From an uncultured virus (IMG/VR IMGVR_UViG_3300035182_002505) (taxonomy: Duplodnaviria > Heunggongvirae > Uroviricota > Caudoviricetes): a stretch of 64,000 nt of DNA. The position numbers and the translations under genes were made by a program. The notes beneath the pieces are model-generated. The model was given only the letters and a program-made list of their open reading frames with translations. It had not been told where the DNA came from and made no database searches. Shown one piece after another: positions 31,629 through 41,261 of this stretch (the first letter of the stretch is position 1; the number at the start of each line of letters is the position of its first letter). Location of the stretch: IMG/VR virus record IMGVR_UViG_3300035182_002505, one strand, 5' to 3'.

Positions 31629-31916
31629 TTACGACGCCAGGGCCAGCGGGATGCTGGTAGTCTGGCCCGCGACCCACTCATCGACGCGGTCGACGATGGA
31701 TCGCGGCAGCTTGCGGCGGATCGGATGGTCCGACCACTTGCTGCGGATCGAGCTGGCCCTGGGCACCTCGATGCCAACGACTGACCCGCCGCCGTCGAGG
31801 AACAGGCGGACGGGGAGGTCGGAGGTTGCCTCGCGGAAGTCGGTGGCGATGCCGCCATCGGCGACGACCAACAGGTCCTGGATCTTGTCGTAGTCGTAGT
31901 ATCTCGTCATATTCAT
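31629..31916 (-). CDS. DUF2283-like small protein
   Basis: YDKIQDLL and LDGGGSVVGIEVPRAS. Confidence 0.55.
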   Translation of the reverse strand: MNMTRYYDYDKIQDLLVVADGGIATDFREATSDLPVRLFLDGGGSVVGIEVPRASSIRSKWSDHPIRRKLPRSIVDRVDEWVAGQTTSIPLALAS

Positions 31917-31979
31917 CACCTCGTGTTGCTGATGATAGCGACGTTCGAGGTGAAGTCCAACAGACAAGAAATTGGTTTT

Positions 31980-32693
31980 TCAGGATCCGACGGGACGAGC
32001 GCGTCCCCAGGCGGTGAGTTGCTTGTAGAGCAGCTCAGGAACCTTGTTGGCGAGCACGCTCTCGAGGTTGGTACCGATGGCGCGGGCGAGTCGGAGGGCC
32101 ATCTCGAGGGAGAGAGAGGACTTCGACTTGAGCCCGTTCAAGGTCGAGGGCTTGCTGTGCATGCGGACCGCGAGCGCAGACGGACCGACGGACTGAATGA
32201 CGCGAAGAAACACGGTATGAGCGTTCTGCCCCTCCTGTTCGGGAGACCTCTCTTGGGCCACGTCCGGATCTTCTTTGGCTCCGGGGAAGAGGGGCTCGGG
32301 CTCCTCGACCTTGGGAGGTGGAGGGAAGAAGACCGAGGTCTTCTGCTCGTCGGCGAGATCCTTGGGGTGGAGGGACAGGTGAGTGGCGAGCTTGAGCACG
32401 AACTCGTCAGCGTGCGGCTTGGAGGAAACGCAGCCGATGGCCCGACAGAAGGCGCGCACGCCACCGAAGTGGGCCAGGCCTCGATCGACGAGCTGGTCAT
32501 AGGCCTTGATCTCTTCGGCGGACCAGAGGCGGTAGACGCGGCGCTCGAGGACGGAGCCGAAGGACGACACCCGACTAATGCTCGTCATGTTGGTGCCGAA
32601 GAGGTCGGCGATCTCCTGGAGCACGAGCCCCTGTTGGCGGAGACTCAAGACATCCGGATCGACCAGCCACGGGTCGATCCCGGTGACCTGCAT
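31980..32693 (-). CDS. Multi-HTH protein, paralog of upstream gene
   Basis: LQEIADLFG HTH; C-terminal SLEMALRLARAIG XRE-like. Confidence 0.6.
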   Translation of the reverse strand: MQVTGIDPWLVDPDVLSLRQQGLVLQEIADLFGTNMTSISRVSSFGSVLERRVYRLWSAEEIKAYDQLVDRGLAHFGGVRAFCRAIGCVSSKPHADEFVLKLATHLSLHPKDLADEQKTSVFFPPPPKVEEPEPLFPGAKEDPDVAQERSPEQEGQNAHTVFLRVIQSVGPSALAVRMHSKPSTLNGLKSKSSLSLEMALRLARAIGTNLESVLANKVPELLYKQLTAWGRARPVGS

Positions 32694-33676
32694 CAGGGCT
32701 TCGCGCTCGCTCCGACGGCGGTCTCCCTTACTGCGGAGGGTAGCGTCATCACCAACCGCCCCCTTCGTCCTGGAAGGGCCTCGAGGCGGACGTGGGGGGA
32801 GACCGAAGCGGAAGGCGTGGCCGGCGGCGGGAGATCCGTCGTTGGGAGCGCCGGGCTCTCCGGGCTCTCCGGGCTCTCCGGGCTCTCCGGGCTCTCCGGG
32901 CTCTCCGGGCTCTCCGGGCTCTCCGGGCTCTCCGGGCTCTCCGCCGACGCGGTCGGCAGCGGATCCGTCGGAAGAGATTCCGTCAACGGGTATGGCGCTG
33001 GCACCTTCGTCGAGACGATCTGCGCGAGAGCCTCCGGCGAGACGGAGATCCCCAGTTCCTCGATTGCTCTCCGGCCGACGGAGAAGGTCGAGATCTTGGC
33101 GATCGCCAGAGTCACTCCCGGGATGCCCGTCTGGTAGGTCCCGATCGGTGGACGAGGAAGGTCGCGGAGAAAAAACAAGCTCGTGGAAGGGTCGCCGATG
33201 TGCCGCAGGAGATTCCAGAAGGTGGCCTGCTCCTTCTCGGTCGCGATCCGCACCGGCTCCGGCAGGGGCTGGCCCAGCTTCGATGGATGCACCCCACACC
33301 ACCAGGCCATCCGCAGGACGAACTCGTTGGTCTTGACCTTGTGGCGGTTCCAGTCCTTCCCGGCTTCGATTCCCAGGATCCGCCGGAGCGATGTGATCGT
33401 CCCGCACTCGGTCTCCATCTGGGAGACCAGGCGCAGGTAGTTGTGCTGCTGGGTGAGCGACCAGAGGCGGTGATACCGGTTGGCCAGGGTGGTCCCCCGG
33501 GTCAGCATCCGGCAGACCCCCGAATCCGAGATCCCGAGCAGCTCCCCGATCTGGCGAAAGGACCAGCGCTGGTCCCTCAGCTCTTTCGGGTCGACGTCCT
33601 TGAGCCACGGGTCGAACGAGGGGTCGTGAAGCCATGGGTGGTGAGGCAGGTTTCGGCGTGCGAGCTGGCTGGTCAT
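32693..33676 (-). CDS. HTH protein with (ESP)10 tract
   Basis: SFRQIGELLGISDSGVCR HTH. Confidence 0.6.
   Translation of the reverse strand: MTSQLARRNLPHHPWLHDPSFDPWLKDVDPKELRDQRWSFRQIGELLGISDSGVCRMLTRGTTLANRYHRLWSLTQQHNYLRLVSQMETECGTITSLRRILGIEAGKDWNRHKVKTNEFVLRMAWWCGVHPSKLGQPLPEPVRIATEKEQATFWNLLRHIGDPSTSLFFLRDLPRPPIGTYQTGIPGVTLAIAKISTFSVGRRAIEELGISVSPEALAQIVSTKVPAPYPLTESLPTDPLPTASAESPESPESPESPESPESPESPESPESPESPALPTTDLPPPATPSASVSPHVRLEALPGRRGRLVMTLPSAVRETAVGASAKP
32851..32940. repeat. Perfect 9-bp VNTR (CCGGGCTCT)x10
   Basis: Counted directly. Confidence 0.95.
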
Positions 33677-33795
33677 GGAGGTTGGTGGCGGTCGGCGGTC
33701 GGGACGGGTCTTTCACACGAACGCCTCGGAGAAGAAGTCGAAGAGAATGGCGAGGAGGAAGAGAGCGAGCAGGACGAGGAGGAAGACGAGGAAGA

Positions 33796-34188
33796 TCATG
33801 GTGTGTTCCTGGGTGTGATCTGGATGGTGACGTGCAGCGGAGCGAGACGACCGGGCTTCTTCCCTGTAGCAGGTCCGGGCTTTTGTTCGTACTTCCACTC
33901 GTAGAAGCACGAGCCGTCATCGATCCCGATCCAGGCGGCGATGGCGTCGCGGATGGCCTTGAAGGCGCCGGCCAGGTTGTCGGAGTCCATGCGCCGGCCG
34001 CCTTCGCGAACCAGCAACACGATCACGGGCGCTCCGGCGGAACGGATGGAGTCTGGGGTGCACCGGGAGGCAAGCAGGTGAAGGCGGGTTGTCGCGAACT
34101 GCTCGCGCTTGCGGGCGGACACCTTGGACCAATGCTGCCGCAAATTGGCCTCTGAGCAGGTGAGCAGGGGAAAGCGAAGGAGCAGCAT
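33796..34188 (-). CDS. rusA: RusA-like Holliday junction resolvase
   Basis: DSDNLAGAFKAIRDAI..IDD. Confidence 0.75.
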   Translation of the reverse strand: MLLLRFPLLTCSEANLRQHWSKVSARKREQFATTRLHLLASRCTPDSIRSAGAPVIVLLVREGGRRMDSDNLAGAFKAIRDAIAAWIGIDDGSCFYEWKYEQKPGPATGKKPGRLAPLHVTIQITPRNTP

Positions 34189-34316
34189 CTGGTGCCCAGA
34201 TTGGCCTACAGACGAACATCTGTCAAGCAAGATGAGGAGCGGGCACGACGCAGATCGTTCACCGCGCCGAACATATTTCTCTGGACAAGGCAAGGGCAGG
34301 CGCCGATATTTTGCCG

Positions 34317-34766
34317 ATGAAAGAACGCCACGCCGCGCACGCCACGGGTCACAACGCCTCGACCCCGAAGAAATCCACCAAGCTATCGCCAGCGCAACAG
34401 CTCCTGACATGGCTTCGCGGTCGCAAGGGAAGCACGGGGCAAGGCCCCCTCCGCGCGAGTGATCGCTCCATCGAGAACTGGGGCACGACGACAGGGTACG
34501 GGCGAGACACGGCGGTGTGGTTGGCCAGGCAACTGGCCAAGGGGGGATACCTGAAAGAGGTGAGCGCCCCGCGGGACCTCATCACGTTCTGGGAGGTGAT
34601 GGACCGGGAAGACTTGCCCGCGAAAGCAGACATGTCGCCGCCGGGGTACGACGTCGTGCCACGGGGTCGGAAGGCGGTCCCGAACGACCTGTCGAGCCTC
34701 GACGAAAACGAGATCATTCGCCTGCCAAAACGGGCCACGTCGCGGCGGCAGCGGGTGCCGGCATGA
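34317..34766 (+). CDS. Hypothetical protein (possible wHTH)
   Basis: ARQLAKGGYL motif. Confidence 0.5.
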   Translation: MKERHAAHATGHNASTPKKSTKLSPAQQLLTWLRGRKGSTGQGPLRASDRSIENWGTTTGYGRDTAVWLARQLAKGGYLKEVSAPRDLITFWEVMDREDLPAKADMSPPGYDVVPRGRKAVPNDLSSLDENEIIRLPKRATSRRQRVPA

Positions 34767-34806
34767 CCAAGGTGGCCCCCCCCGATCCCCGATCACTTCA
34801 CGCACC

Positions 34807-36129
34807 ATGAACCACAAAAAGACGCGCGTGACACGACGGAAACGAGACCCCCGGGGCTCGCAGCCCCCTCTGCCCTTTTGTCCGAACCGGCGACCTTCGA
34901 AGTGGCACATCCTTCACCGGAACGGGTCATCCCGACCTGCCGCCGCATGGGGGCCGACCCATCGGTGCGCGAGCGACATCGTCGACTGCGCGACGGTGAT
35001 GGCGATCCCTCACTGTCAGAACGCTGACGCTGCAGGGTCTGCATGTGTTCAGGAGAACGACCGCTGCGTGGCGAAGGCGGGAGGGATCACCTGCGAGCCA
35101 TTGCCGCTCGGGGCACAGATCCGTCGGCCGCTGCAGCTCAAACTCGGCGCCCCCCAGTCGGGACGCCATCCGTGCGAGGCGAGCAGCCGCACCTGTGAGC
35201 CCATGCCGGCCATCCTGATCCAGGCCCTTCACCGGACCGCTCGCCCGTGCCAGGAGGCCCCTCCCGCGAGAGCTTACCGGCCGCCGTCGCCCGACGACCG
35301 CTACGAACTGCCTCGTGCCCCGGTCGTGCCGGAGACGCGCGGAGATTGCATCAATGGGCCGAGACCGTGCCCCTACTACACCTGCACTCACCATCTGTAC
35401 CTGGAGCTGAAGGACACGCACCGGAGGCACACAGGCGAGCCGCTCAAGATCCACGAGATGCCGCACTCCTGCTCGCTCGACGTTGCCGATCAGGGAGGAC
35501 TGACCCTCGAAGTGATCGCGGCCATCTTCGGGGTCACCCGGGAGCGTATCCGCCAGCTCGAGGCGGGAGTCAAGCGCCGGCTGAAGCTCGACGACTACAC
35601 CGAATCGACCGTGGTGAGCGACATGGGCGGAGACCTCCTTCGCGCGCAGGCTCAGTCAGACAGCCCTCGATCGCAGCGCCGTCGCCTGGCGCTGATCTCT
35701 TCGTACTCCCCACCGGTGTCCGCGATCGAGTCGCTGCGTCGGTCCCTGAGCCCAGGGCACAATAAGATGCAGGAGATCCCGTCGTCGCGGGAGATGGAAG
35801 ACGACAACGAGACTTTCTGGGGAAGGACCAATCCGAACGATCCATCCGCCGATGATCTTGAGCCGCCTCTCGAGGAAGAGGACGACGAGGAAGAGGACGA
35901 CGAGGAAGAGGACGACGAGGAAGAGGACGACGAGGAAGAGGACGACGAGGAAGAGGACGACGAGGAAGAGGACGACGAGGAAGAGGACGACGAGGAAGAG
36001 GACCTTGGCGCGGCCATTTTCGAGGACCTTATCGACGAGGAAGTCCCCGCAGGCCCGGAAGACATCGGGGACAGCGGGGACGCCGCGAAAGATCTGCCGG
36101 TGACCAGCGAGGGTGCCGGCGAAGACTGA
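34807..36129 (+). CDS. Cys/His cluster + sigma70 region-4-like HTH with acidic tail
   Basis: TRGDC..PRPCP..C.HHL; CSLDVAD; TLEVIAAIFGVTRERIRQLE. Confidence 0.75.
   Translation: MNHKKTRVTRRKRDPRGSQPPLPFCPNRRPSKWHILHRNGSSRPAAAWGPTHRCASDIVDCATVMAIPHCQNADAAGSACVQENDRCVAKAGGITCEPLPLGAQIRRPLQLKLGAPQSGRHPCEASSRTCEPMPAILIQALHRTARPCQEAPPARAYRPPSPDDRYELPRAPVVPETRGDCINGPRPCPYYTCTHHLYLELKDTHRRHTGEPLKIHEMPHSCSLDVADQGGLTLEVIAAIFGVTRERIRQLEAGVKRRLKLDDYTESTVVSDMGGDLLRAQAQSDSPRSQRRRLALISSYSPPVSAIESLRRSLSPGHNKMQEIPSSREMEDDNETFWGRTNPNDPSADDLEPPLEEEDDEEEDDEEEDDEEEDDEEEDDEEEDDEEEDDEEEDDEEEDLGAAIFEDLIDEEVPAGPEDIGDSGDAAKDLPVTSEGAGED
35872..36003. repeat. Perfect 15-bp VNTR (GAGGAAGAGGACGAC)x8.8 encoding EEEDD
   Basis: Counted directly. 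Confidence 0.95.
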
Positions 36130-38436
36130 TCAGTCGATCTCGCCGAGGACCGCGAAGGGCCTGCCGTTGATGCGCAGGTACAACTGCCCATCTTCGCGGT
36201 CACCGAGGAGTTCGAAGTCGTAGACGTGGCTGTTGTTGACCTTGACGAACTCGGAGCTGTTCCTGGGGACGGTGGACAGGCCGGCGGGCAGCTCCTCGAT
36301 CGGCTCGGCGTACTTGTCCTGGAAGACCACCTTGGGGTGTTCTGCGTTCACATCCGGGGCCCAGTAGGGCGGGAAGGCGACGGGGATCTCGCCTGGATGG
36401 GGGCTCGTGCGGCGGAAGACATCCGGGCCCACTGCCTGGTAGAGCGCCAGGGCGAACGTGTGGGGCTTGACCTGCACGAAGCCCGGAGGCAGCGAGGATG
36501 CCTTTTGCAGGTCTGCCTGGGTGACCCCCGGCTCGGTCTTGAGGATCCCCTCGGCCGCGCTGGGCGACAGGACGATCCAGGGCACCATCTCCTTGCCGAC
36601 CTTGCGAAGCCCGTAGACGACGCGCAGATCCGCGCCGGTGGGGCTGATCTTCTTGGCCGCGTCGACGAAGTTCTTCCAGGTCGGGTAGATCTTGTTCTTC
36701 CTGGCGCGGGCCATCTCGAGGAGGGCCTTCATCGGCAACCCGCTGAAGACCTTGTTGTTGCTGGCGGACCTGACCTGGGCGACGGTGAGCTGGATGTAGG
36801 TCGTGTTGTCCGACAGTGGTTGCCTGGGCCGGCGGCGCCGGGCCTGGTCGAGGTCTGCGACCATCTTGGCGACGCCGTCGGCTTCCCGCTCCATCAAGGC
36901 GGCGAAGGCCATGTTGCCGTCGATGGCGGTTGTCTTGGCGAAGTCGGCGACCTCGTCGATCTCGCGGACGAAGGTGCGGCCCGCTTCGAAGGGGTTGTTG
37001 TCCTGGAGCAGCGTGACGGCCTTGCCGGTGGCCCTGGCGACCATATGGAAGAGCTTGACGGACCGCTGGTAGTTCGGGTCCTTGGCGTCCTCCGCGTTCT
37101 GGCGGTTCACCTTGGACCGGACGGCCTTCTTCTCGGTGTCGGAGGCGATTCTCGACCCCATGATCGCCTTGAACTCGGCCTCGAGGAGGCGCTTCCTCTC
37201 GGACCAGACAGACCCGTTGCTCAGCTCCCGGGCAGCCTGGTCGACCTGGACGACGCGCTCGCGCACGTAGGCGTCGAGGGTCCGCTCCAGCTCCTCCTTG
37301 GGGATGACGACCGCCTTGGTCTCGCGCATGATCTGACCTGCCTCGATGATCTTGCGCTCGAGGAGCAGGGCCTGGTTGTTAAGGTCCTTGTACCGCTGGA
37401 CGTCGCCGTCGGCGATGGCCCGGCGGCGCTCGGCCTCGTTGCGCTGGAGCTGCTGGTAGAGGCTGTCGATATGGCGCTGGTCGACGACGGCGCCGGCCTG
37501 GCGCTCGACGCCGAGCGGCACGACCCGGCGGGGCTCCTTGCCCGAGACGACCCGGCGCTTGTCGATCGGGTTTTCCGTGCGGGGCCGGTCGTCGGCGGCG
37601 GCGGCTTCCTCGACGAGGAACGACTGGCCGATCGAGGGTACGTAGAGGAAGCGGTCGGAGGAGTACCGCTGGGCCAGCTTGCGGCGGAGGCGCTCGTTGG
37701 CGCGGGTCGCGTCGTTCTCCGACTCGACAGGGGGGTTGGTGTCGAAGACCTGACCGACCGCATCGACGCCGTCGATCTGGCAGACGACGTTGGTAGTCCG
37801 CTCACCCTGGGGGTTCACGTAGACGACGGCGTGGGTGTCATCGGGAACTCCGCCCACGCGCCAGCACCGGCGCCCGCCGAGCGTGACCAGGTACACGCGG
37901 TGATTCGGATCGTTGATCCAGAACGGGTGACCCGGAATGGGCAGCTTGCCCTGCTCGGGGTTGAGGCTGTCCAGCACGTCGCCGCCGAAGGTGTTGAGCA
38001 GAGCGCTCGCGAACTCATGCTCGGTCGCGGGGTGGAAGGTGACGTTGTACTGGCTCGCCTTGCGGGCCTTCTCCACCATCTCCACGTCGCCGTCCATGGA
38101 TGCCTGGCGAGCCAGGATGGCGGCGGCCTGGGGGCGCATGCAGATCCAGGGAGTGAGGACGCCGCGGACTTTCTTGAGCCCGATCGCGACCGTGTAAGTG
38201 TCGGGGGCGCCTTGCTCGATGAGGTTGCGGCACGCGTCGACGATGTTCTTCCAGGACAGAGTAAGTCGCCCCCGCCGATTGGTGAACATCTGGATGACAT
38301 CTGCGAAAGGCATTCCGTAGTACGGGGCCTGGCGAACCATGATCTGGATCGTCGCTGCCGCACGCGAGATGTTGTTTTTGCCTGGGCTACGAGCCAGGTC
38401 GTTCTGGGAGATCAGGTGATGACGCCGAGAGGCCAT
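36130..38436 (-). CDS. 768-aa hypothetical protein with duplicated ~140-aa domain
   Basis: Strong GC3 bias; TAGCAT-N6-ATG; central coiled coil. Confidence 0.75.
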   Translation of the reverse strand: MASRRHHLISQNDLARSPGKNNISRAAATIQIMVRQAPYYGMPFADVIQMFTNRRGRLTLSWKNIVDACRNLIEQGAPDTYTVAIGLKKVRGVLTPWICMRPQAAAILARQASMDGDVEMVEKARKASQYNVTFHPATEHEFASALLNTFGGDVLDSLNPEQGKLPIPGHPFWINDPNHRVYLVTLGGRRCWRVGGVPDDTHAVVYVNPQGERTTNVVCQIDGVDAVGQVFDTNPPVESENDATRANERLRRKLAQRYSSDRFLYVPSIGQSFLVEEAAAADDRPRTENPIDKRRVVSGKEPRRVVPLGVERQAGAVVDQRHIDSLYQQLQRNEAERRRAIADGDVQRYKDLNNQALLLERKIIEAGQIMRETKAVVIPKEELERTLDAYVRERVVQVDQAARELSNGSVWSERKRLLEAEFKAIMGSRIASDTEKKAVRSKVNRQNAEDAKDPNYQRSVKLFHMVARATGKAVTLLQDNNPFEAGRTFVREIDEVADFAKTTAIDGNMAFAALMEREADGVAKMVADLDQARRRRPRQPLSDNTTYIQLTVAQVRSASNNKVFSGLPMKALLEMARARKNKIYPTWKNFVDAAKKISPTGADLRVVYGLRKVGKEMVPWIVLSPSAAEGILKTEPGVTQADLQKASSLPPGFVQVKPHTFALALYQAVGPDVFRRTSPHPGEIPVAFPPYWAPDVNAEHPKVVFQDKYAEPIEELPAGLSTVPRNSSEFVKVNNSHVYDFELLGDREDGQLYLRINGRPFAVLGEID

Positions 38437-38523
38437 GCCGGCATGCTACACGCCCCCCCGCCATTCGCCAAATACAGGCCCGGGCCAAGCATGCGCCACA
38501 CAATGCCTCAATTCTCTTGCGTC

Positions 38524-39238
38524 TCAGCGGTCGCAGACGAACAGGATCTCGGTCGTACTGGCCTCGCCGTTGGGGCCGACCTTCACGCCCTCGTGGTTGA
38601 AGGTCCCGTTCCTCCAGCCGATGTACCTCGAGATCTGCTTGGTGACGACCGACACCTTCCCCCGCGAGGAGAGCATTGCCATCATCTGCTCGCGGGACAC
38701 GAACGCATCGGTCGAGAAGGACACGATAATGCGACGCGCGTCGATCTGGTCGATGGCCGCCGTCAGCGCCGGCAGGATGGTCTTCCGGCCGTTGTACGGG
38801 CTGTCGTGGGCCTTCTCGTCCGCCCGGCGGCAGGCAGCGCCCCAGACCTCGGGCTGATCCCACCGGACCAAGGTCTCCCAGATGTGGTAGTTCGCGTGGT
38901 ACCGGTGCTGATTGTACGGCGGGTCGAGGTAGGCCACATCGACGGTGCCGAAGGTCGCCGCGATCTCTCGGGCAGCACGCTCAGCGTCCTGGCGATAGGC
39001 CCAGGACTCGCCGAGCGGGGAGCGGGGGAGCAGGTCCGGGTCGCGGAGGTCGAGGTCTCCGTGCGACCGGGCAGACCACTCTTTCACGTAGGCCACCTGC
39101 AGGCCGCAGGTCGAGTCGACTCGGCTCGCGGCCCGGAGCAGGGTCGATCACGGTCCTTGGTCGGCCGGGGGCGGCGCCCTCGACGAGGGCAGCGATCTCG
39201 CCGACAAGGCGCAGCTTCGAGCCGATGTACTGGATCAC
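38524..39238 (-). pseudogene. D12-class adenine methyltransferase with internal deletion and frameshift
   Basis: IQYIGSK..TVID joined out of frame to LLRAASRVDSTCG..YLDPPY near 39142; FxGxG absent. Confidence 0.8.
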
Positions 39239-39243
39239 CGGGT

Positions 39244-39975
39244 TCAGCTCTTCGAGGCGGCCTTGGCGACGTCGGGGGAGCCGGGGTAGGCGGCGCGGAC
39301 GAAGACCTTGGCCTGCTCGGGCAGGAGGGAGGTCGCGATGCCGTGGACGGCCTTGTAGCGCCCGCCGTAGTAGAGCTTCTGCAGGAAGAACTTCCCGAGG
39401 ACGAGGGTGAGGATGGCGGAGACGGCCTCGTCGTTGATCGTGCTGGCGGGGAGCCCGGTGTCCTCACGGAGATGCTCGAGGAAGGGATGGCCCTCGCTCA
39501 TCATGGCCTTCTGGATGAAGGGGAGCCCGTGCTTCTTGGCCTGGGTGACCATCCGGTCGGTGAGCTTGAGAGCCTCGACCTCGAGGAAGATGGAGAGTTC
39601 TTCCAGCCACTCCTTGGAGTTGGTGGGCACCTTGAGCTTGCCCATCTTGTCGGCCTTCTTCTTGGCCGTCGTCGCGATGCTGTTGATCAGCGCGTAGTAC
39701 ATCTTGTTGAGTTTGTCGGCGGCCGCCTTGTCCTTGGCGCTCTTCGTGACGGAGGCGAAGTGAGCGAAGGGGGGCTTGGTCGGCTGAGGCTTGCCGTGCT
39801 GCTGACTGTCGTGAGCCGGCTTGTTGAAGGGCTTCTTGGGCGACTTGGCCAGCGACTTCCCCTTGCCATGCCCGTTACCCGCGGCCTTCACAGGCGCGGA
39901 ATTGGGGGGATTCTTGGCAGGCTTGGCGCCAGCCTTTGACGACTTGCCTTTCGTTGACTTTTGTGCAGATGTCAT
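39244..39975 (-). CDS. Lys-rich hypothetical protein
   Basis: Histone-H1-like K/A/P N-terminus, helical C-terminus. Confidence 0.6.
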   Translation of the reverse strand: MTSAQKSTKGKSSKAGAKPAKNPPNSAPVKAAGNGHGKGKSLAKSPKKPFNKPAHDSQQHGKPQPTKPPFAHFASVTKSAKDKAAADKLNKMYYALINSIATTAKKKADKMGKLKVPTNSKEWLEELSIFLEVEALKLTDRMVTQAKKHGLPFIQKAMMSEGHPFLEHLREDTGLPASTINDEAVSAILTLVLGKFFLQKLYYGGRYKAVHGIATSLLPEQAKVFVRAAYPGSPDVAKAASKS

Positions 39976-40078
39976 GGGATGTCCTATTCGACCGTGCGGG
40001 TGGCCGTGTTGTGAAAAACGAGATCGACCGTAGCACACTTTTTTCCCTCCGCAGAACGGGTCGTGGTACCTTTCTCTC

Positions 40079-40390
40079 ATGGAAATACACCACTCGTTTC
40101 CCCATCGGGCAACGCTGGCCCAGGCGAAGGCTGCCGCCGAGAACGCCTGGCTCGAGTACCAGAAGTCACTCGCATCGTTCCGACCCACCTTCACCTGGGA
40201 GAGCCCGACGCGGGCCCACGTCGAGTTCAACTACAAGGGGATCAAGGTGACGGGGTCGATTACCATCCAAGTCACGTCGATCGACATCGCTCTCAAGGGA
40301 CCGTATATGCTCAAGACGTTCGAGCCGCAGGCGATCAAGGTTATCGGGGACGAGATCAACCGCCGCCTCGGGCAGGCGGGGGCACCCTGA
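40079..40390 (+). CDS. PHA-granule-region (polyhydroxyalkanoate system) family-like protein
   Basis: H.FPH..QAK..W..F.YKG.KV.G.I pattern, 103 aa. Confidence 0.6.
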   Translation: MEIHHSFPHRATLAQAKAAAENAWLEYQKSLASFRPTFTWESPTRAHVEFNYKGIKVTGSITIQVTSIDIALKGPYMLKTFEPQAIKVIGDEINRRLGQAGAP

Positions 40391-41100
40391 TGGCCCGATT
40401 TCGCAAGAACGAGGTACAGAAAGATCAGGCAAGCCCGCATCTCCGGCTTGCCTACGTCGCACGATGCGGCGCGACACACCTTCTGCTGTCGAGCGGCAAG
40501 TTCGCCTACCGATGCACCCTGAACGTCGGGCACGCATCGGGGTCGAAGCACTACGACAGCGAGGCTGGCTTGTGGTGGACCGAGGCACCCTCCATCACGG
40601 GACAGGTGACGACGCTCCCGACTCATGCGGCCACCAGCGAAGCCCGGTCAAAGCCCAACACGAGATGGAGGATCCTGCCACCGATCGCTGCGAAAAAGAG
40701 ACCTCCGTGCAAGGCAACGAAGGTGAACCGGGCCGGCGGAGAAGCGGTCCTGCTCGAGTGCGAGGAGGAGGAGCTGCACGACGGCGACCATCGGTGCGGC
40801 AAGCATGCCTGGCGTCAGGGCCGGGCAGAGCTGGAGCACCGCCGGCAGCGGGCGAGGTTAGCAGACGACCGTAGGTGTAGTCCAGGCACTTGCCCCGGAG
40901 TGGAACGCCCTCGTATGTCGCCAGAGTGGCCAGTGCGCCATCGCACTGGCCTCGTCCGGGAACCACCTGTCGGTGGCGCGATCTTCGACCGCTGGGCGGT
41001 CCTTCAGAAGCCATCCACCGGGCGGGACCTCGTACGCTCGCCCGTCGATCAAACGCCATACCGGGCGACCTGCACGGCGACTAATTTCCGCGCGAAGTGA
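40390..41100 (+). CDS. Hypothetical protein with Cys/His clusters
   Basis: CTLNVGH..H and CEEEELHDGDHRC; 3' part overlaps opposite gene. Confidence 0.45.
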   Translation: MARFRKNEVQKDQASPHLRLAYVARCGATHLLLSSGKFAYRCTLNVGHASGSKHYDSEAGLWWTEAPSITGQVTTLPTHAATSEARSKPNTRWRILPPIAAKKRPPCKATKVNRAGGEAVLLECEEEELHDGDHRCGKHAWRQGRAELEHRRQRARLADDRRCSPGTCPGVERPRMSPEWPVRHRTGLVREPPVGGAIFDRWAVLQKPSTGRDLVRSPVDQTPYRATCTATNFRAK

Positions 41101-41196
41101 GGCTATGGCCTACGCCAGATCCTCGGCCGAGCACGCGGACAGAGTGGCCGCGGTCAGGTGTGAGATCGCCCGCTTCGTCGCCTTGTTGTTTGCCAT
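40858..41196 (-). pseudogene. Small gene with in-frame TAG (41110-41112)
   Basis: MANNKAT..SAEDLA*AIASLRAEISRR..LIDGRAYE in one frame. Confidence 0.55.
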
Positions 41197-41261
41197 CGTG
41201 TTTTCTTTCTGTCGTGGTAGATCGGCGTGACCAGCGTGGTCTGACACAAAACGTTCGTCAT

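Noticed and set aside
31980..33920. 646-aa ORF with GEP collagen-like repeats
   Set aside because: Upstream part is an off-frame reading of the 32693-33676 gene; the likely start is ATG 32693.
35652..36203. Poly-Ser ORF and RKRTT-repeat ORF
   Set aside because: Alternative readings of the EEEDD VNTR.
36226..39939. 1237-aa plus-strand ORF
   Set aside because: Antisense shadow of GC3-rich minus-strand genes; no motifs.
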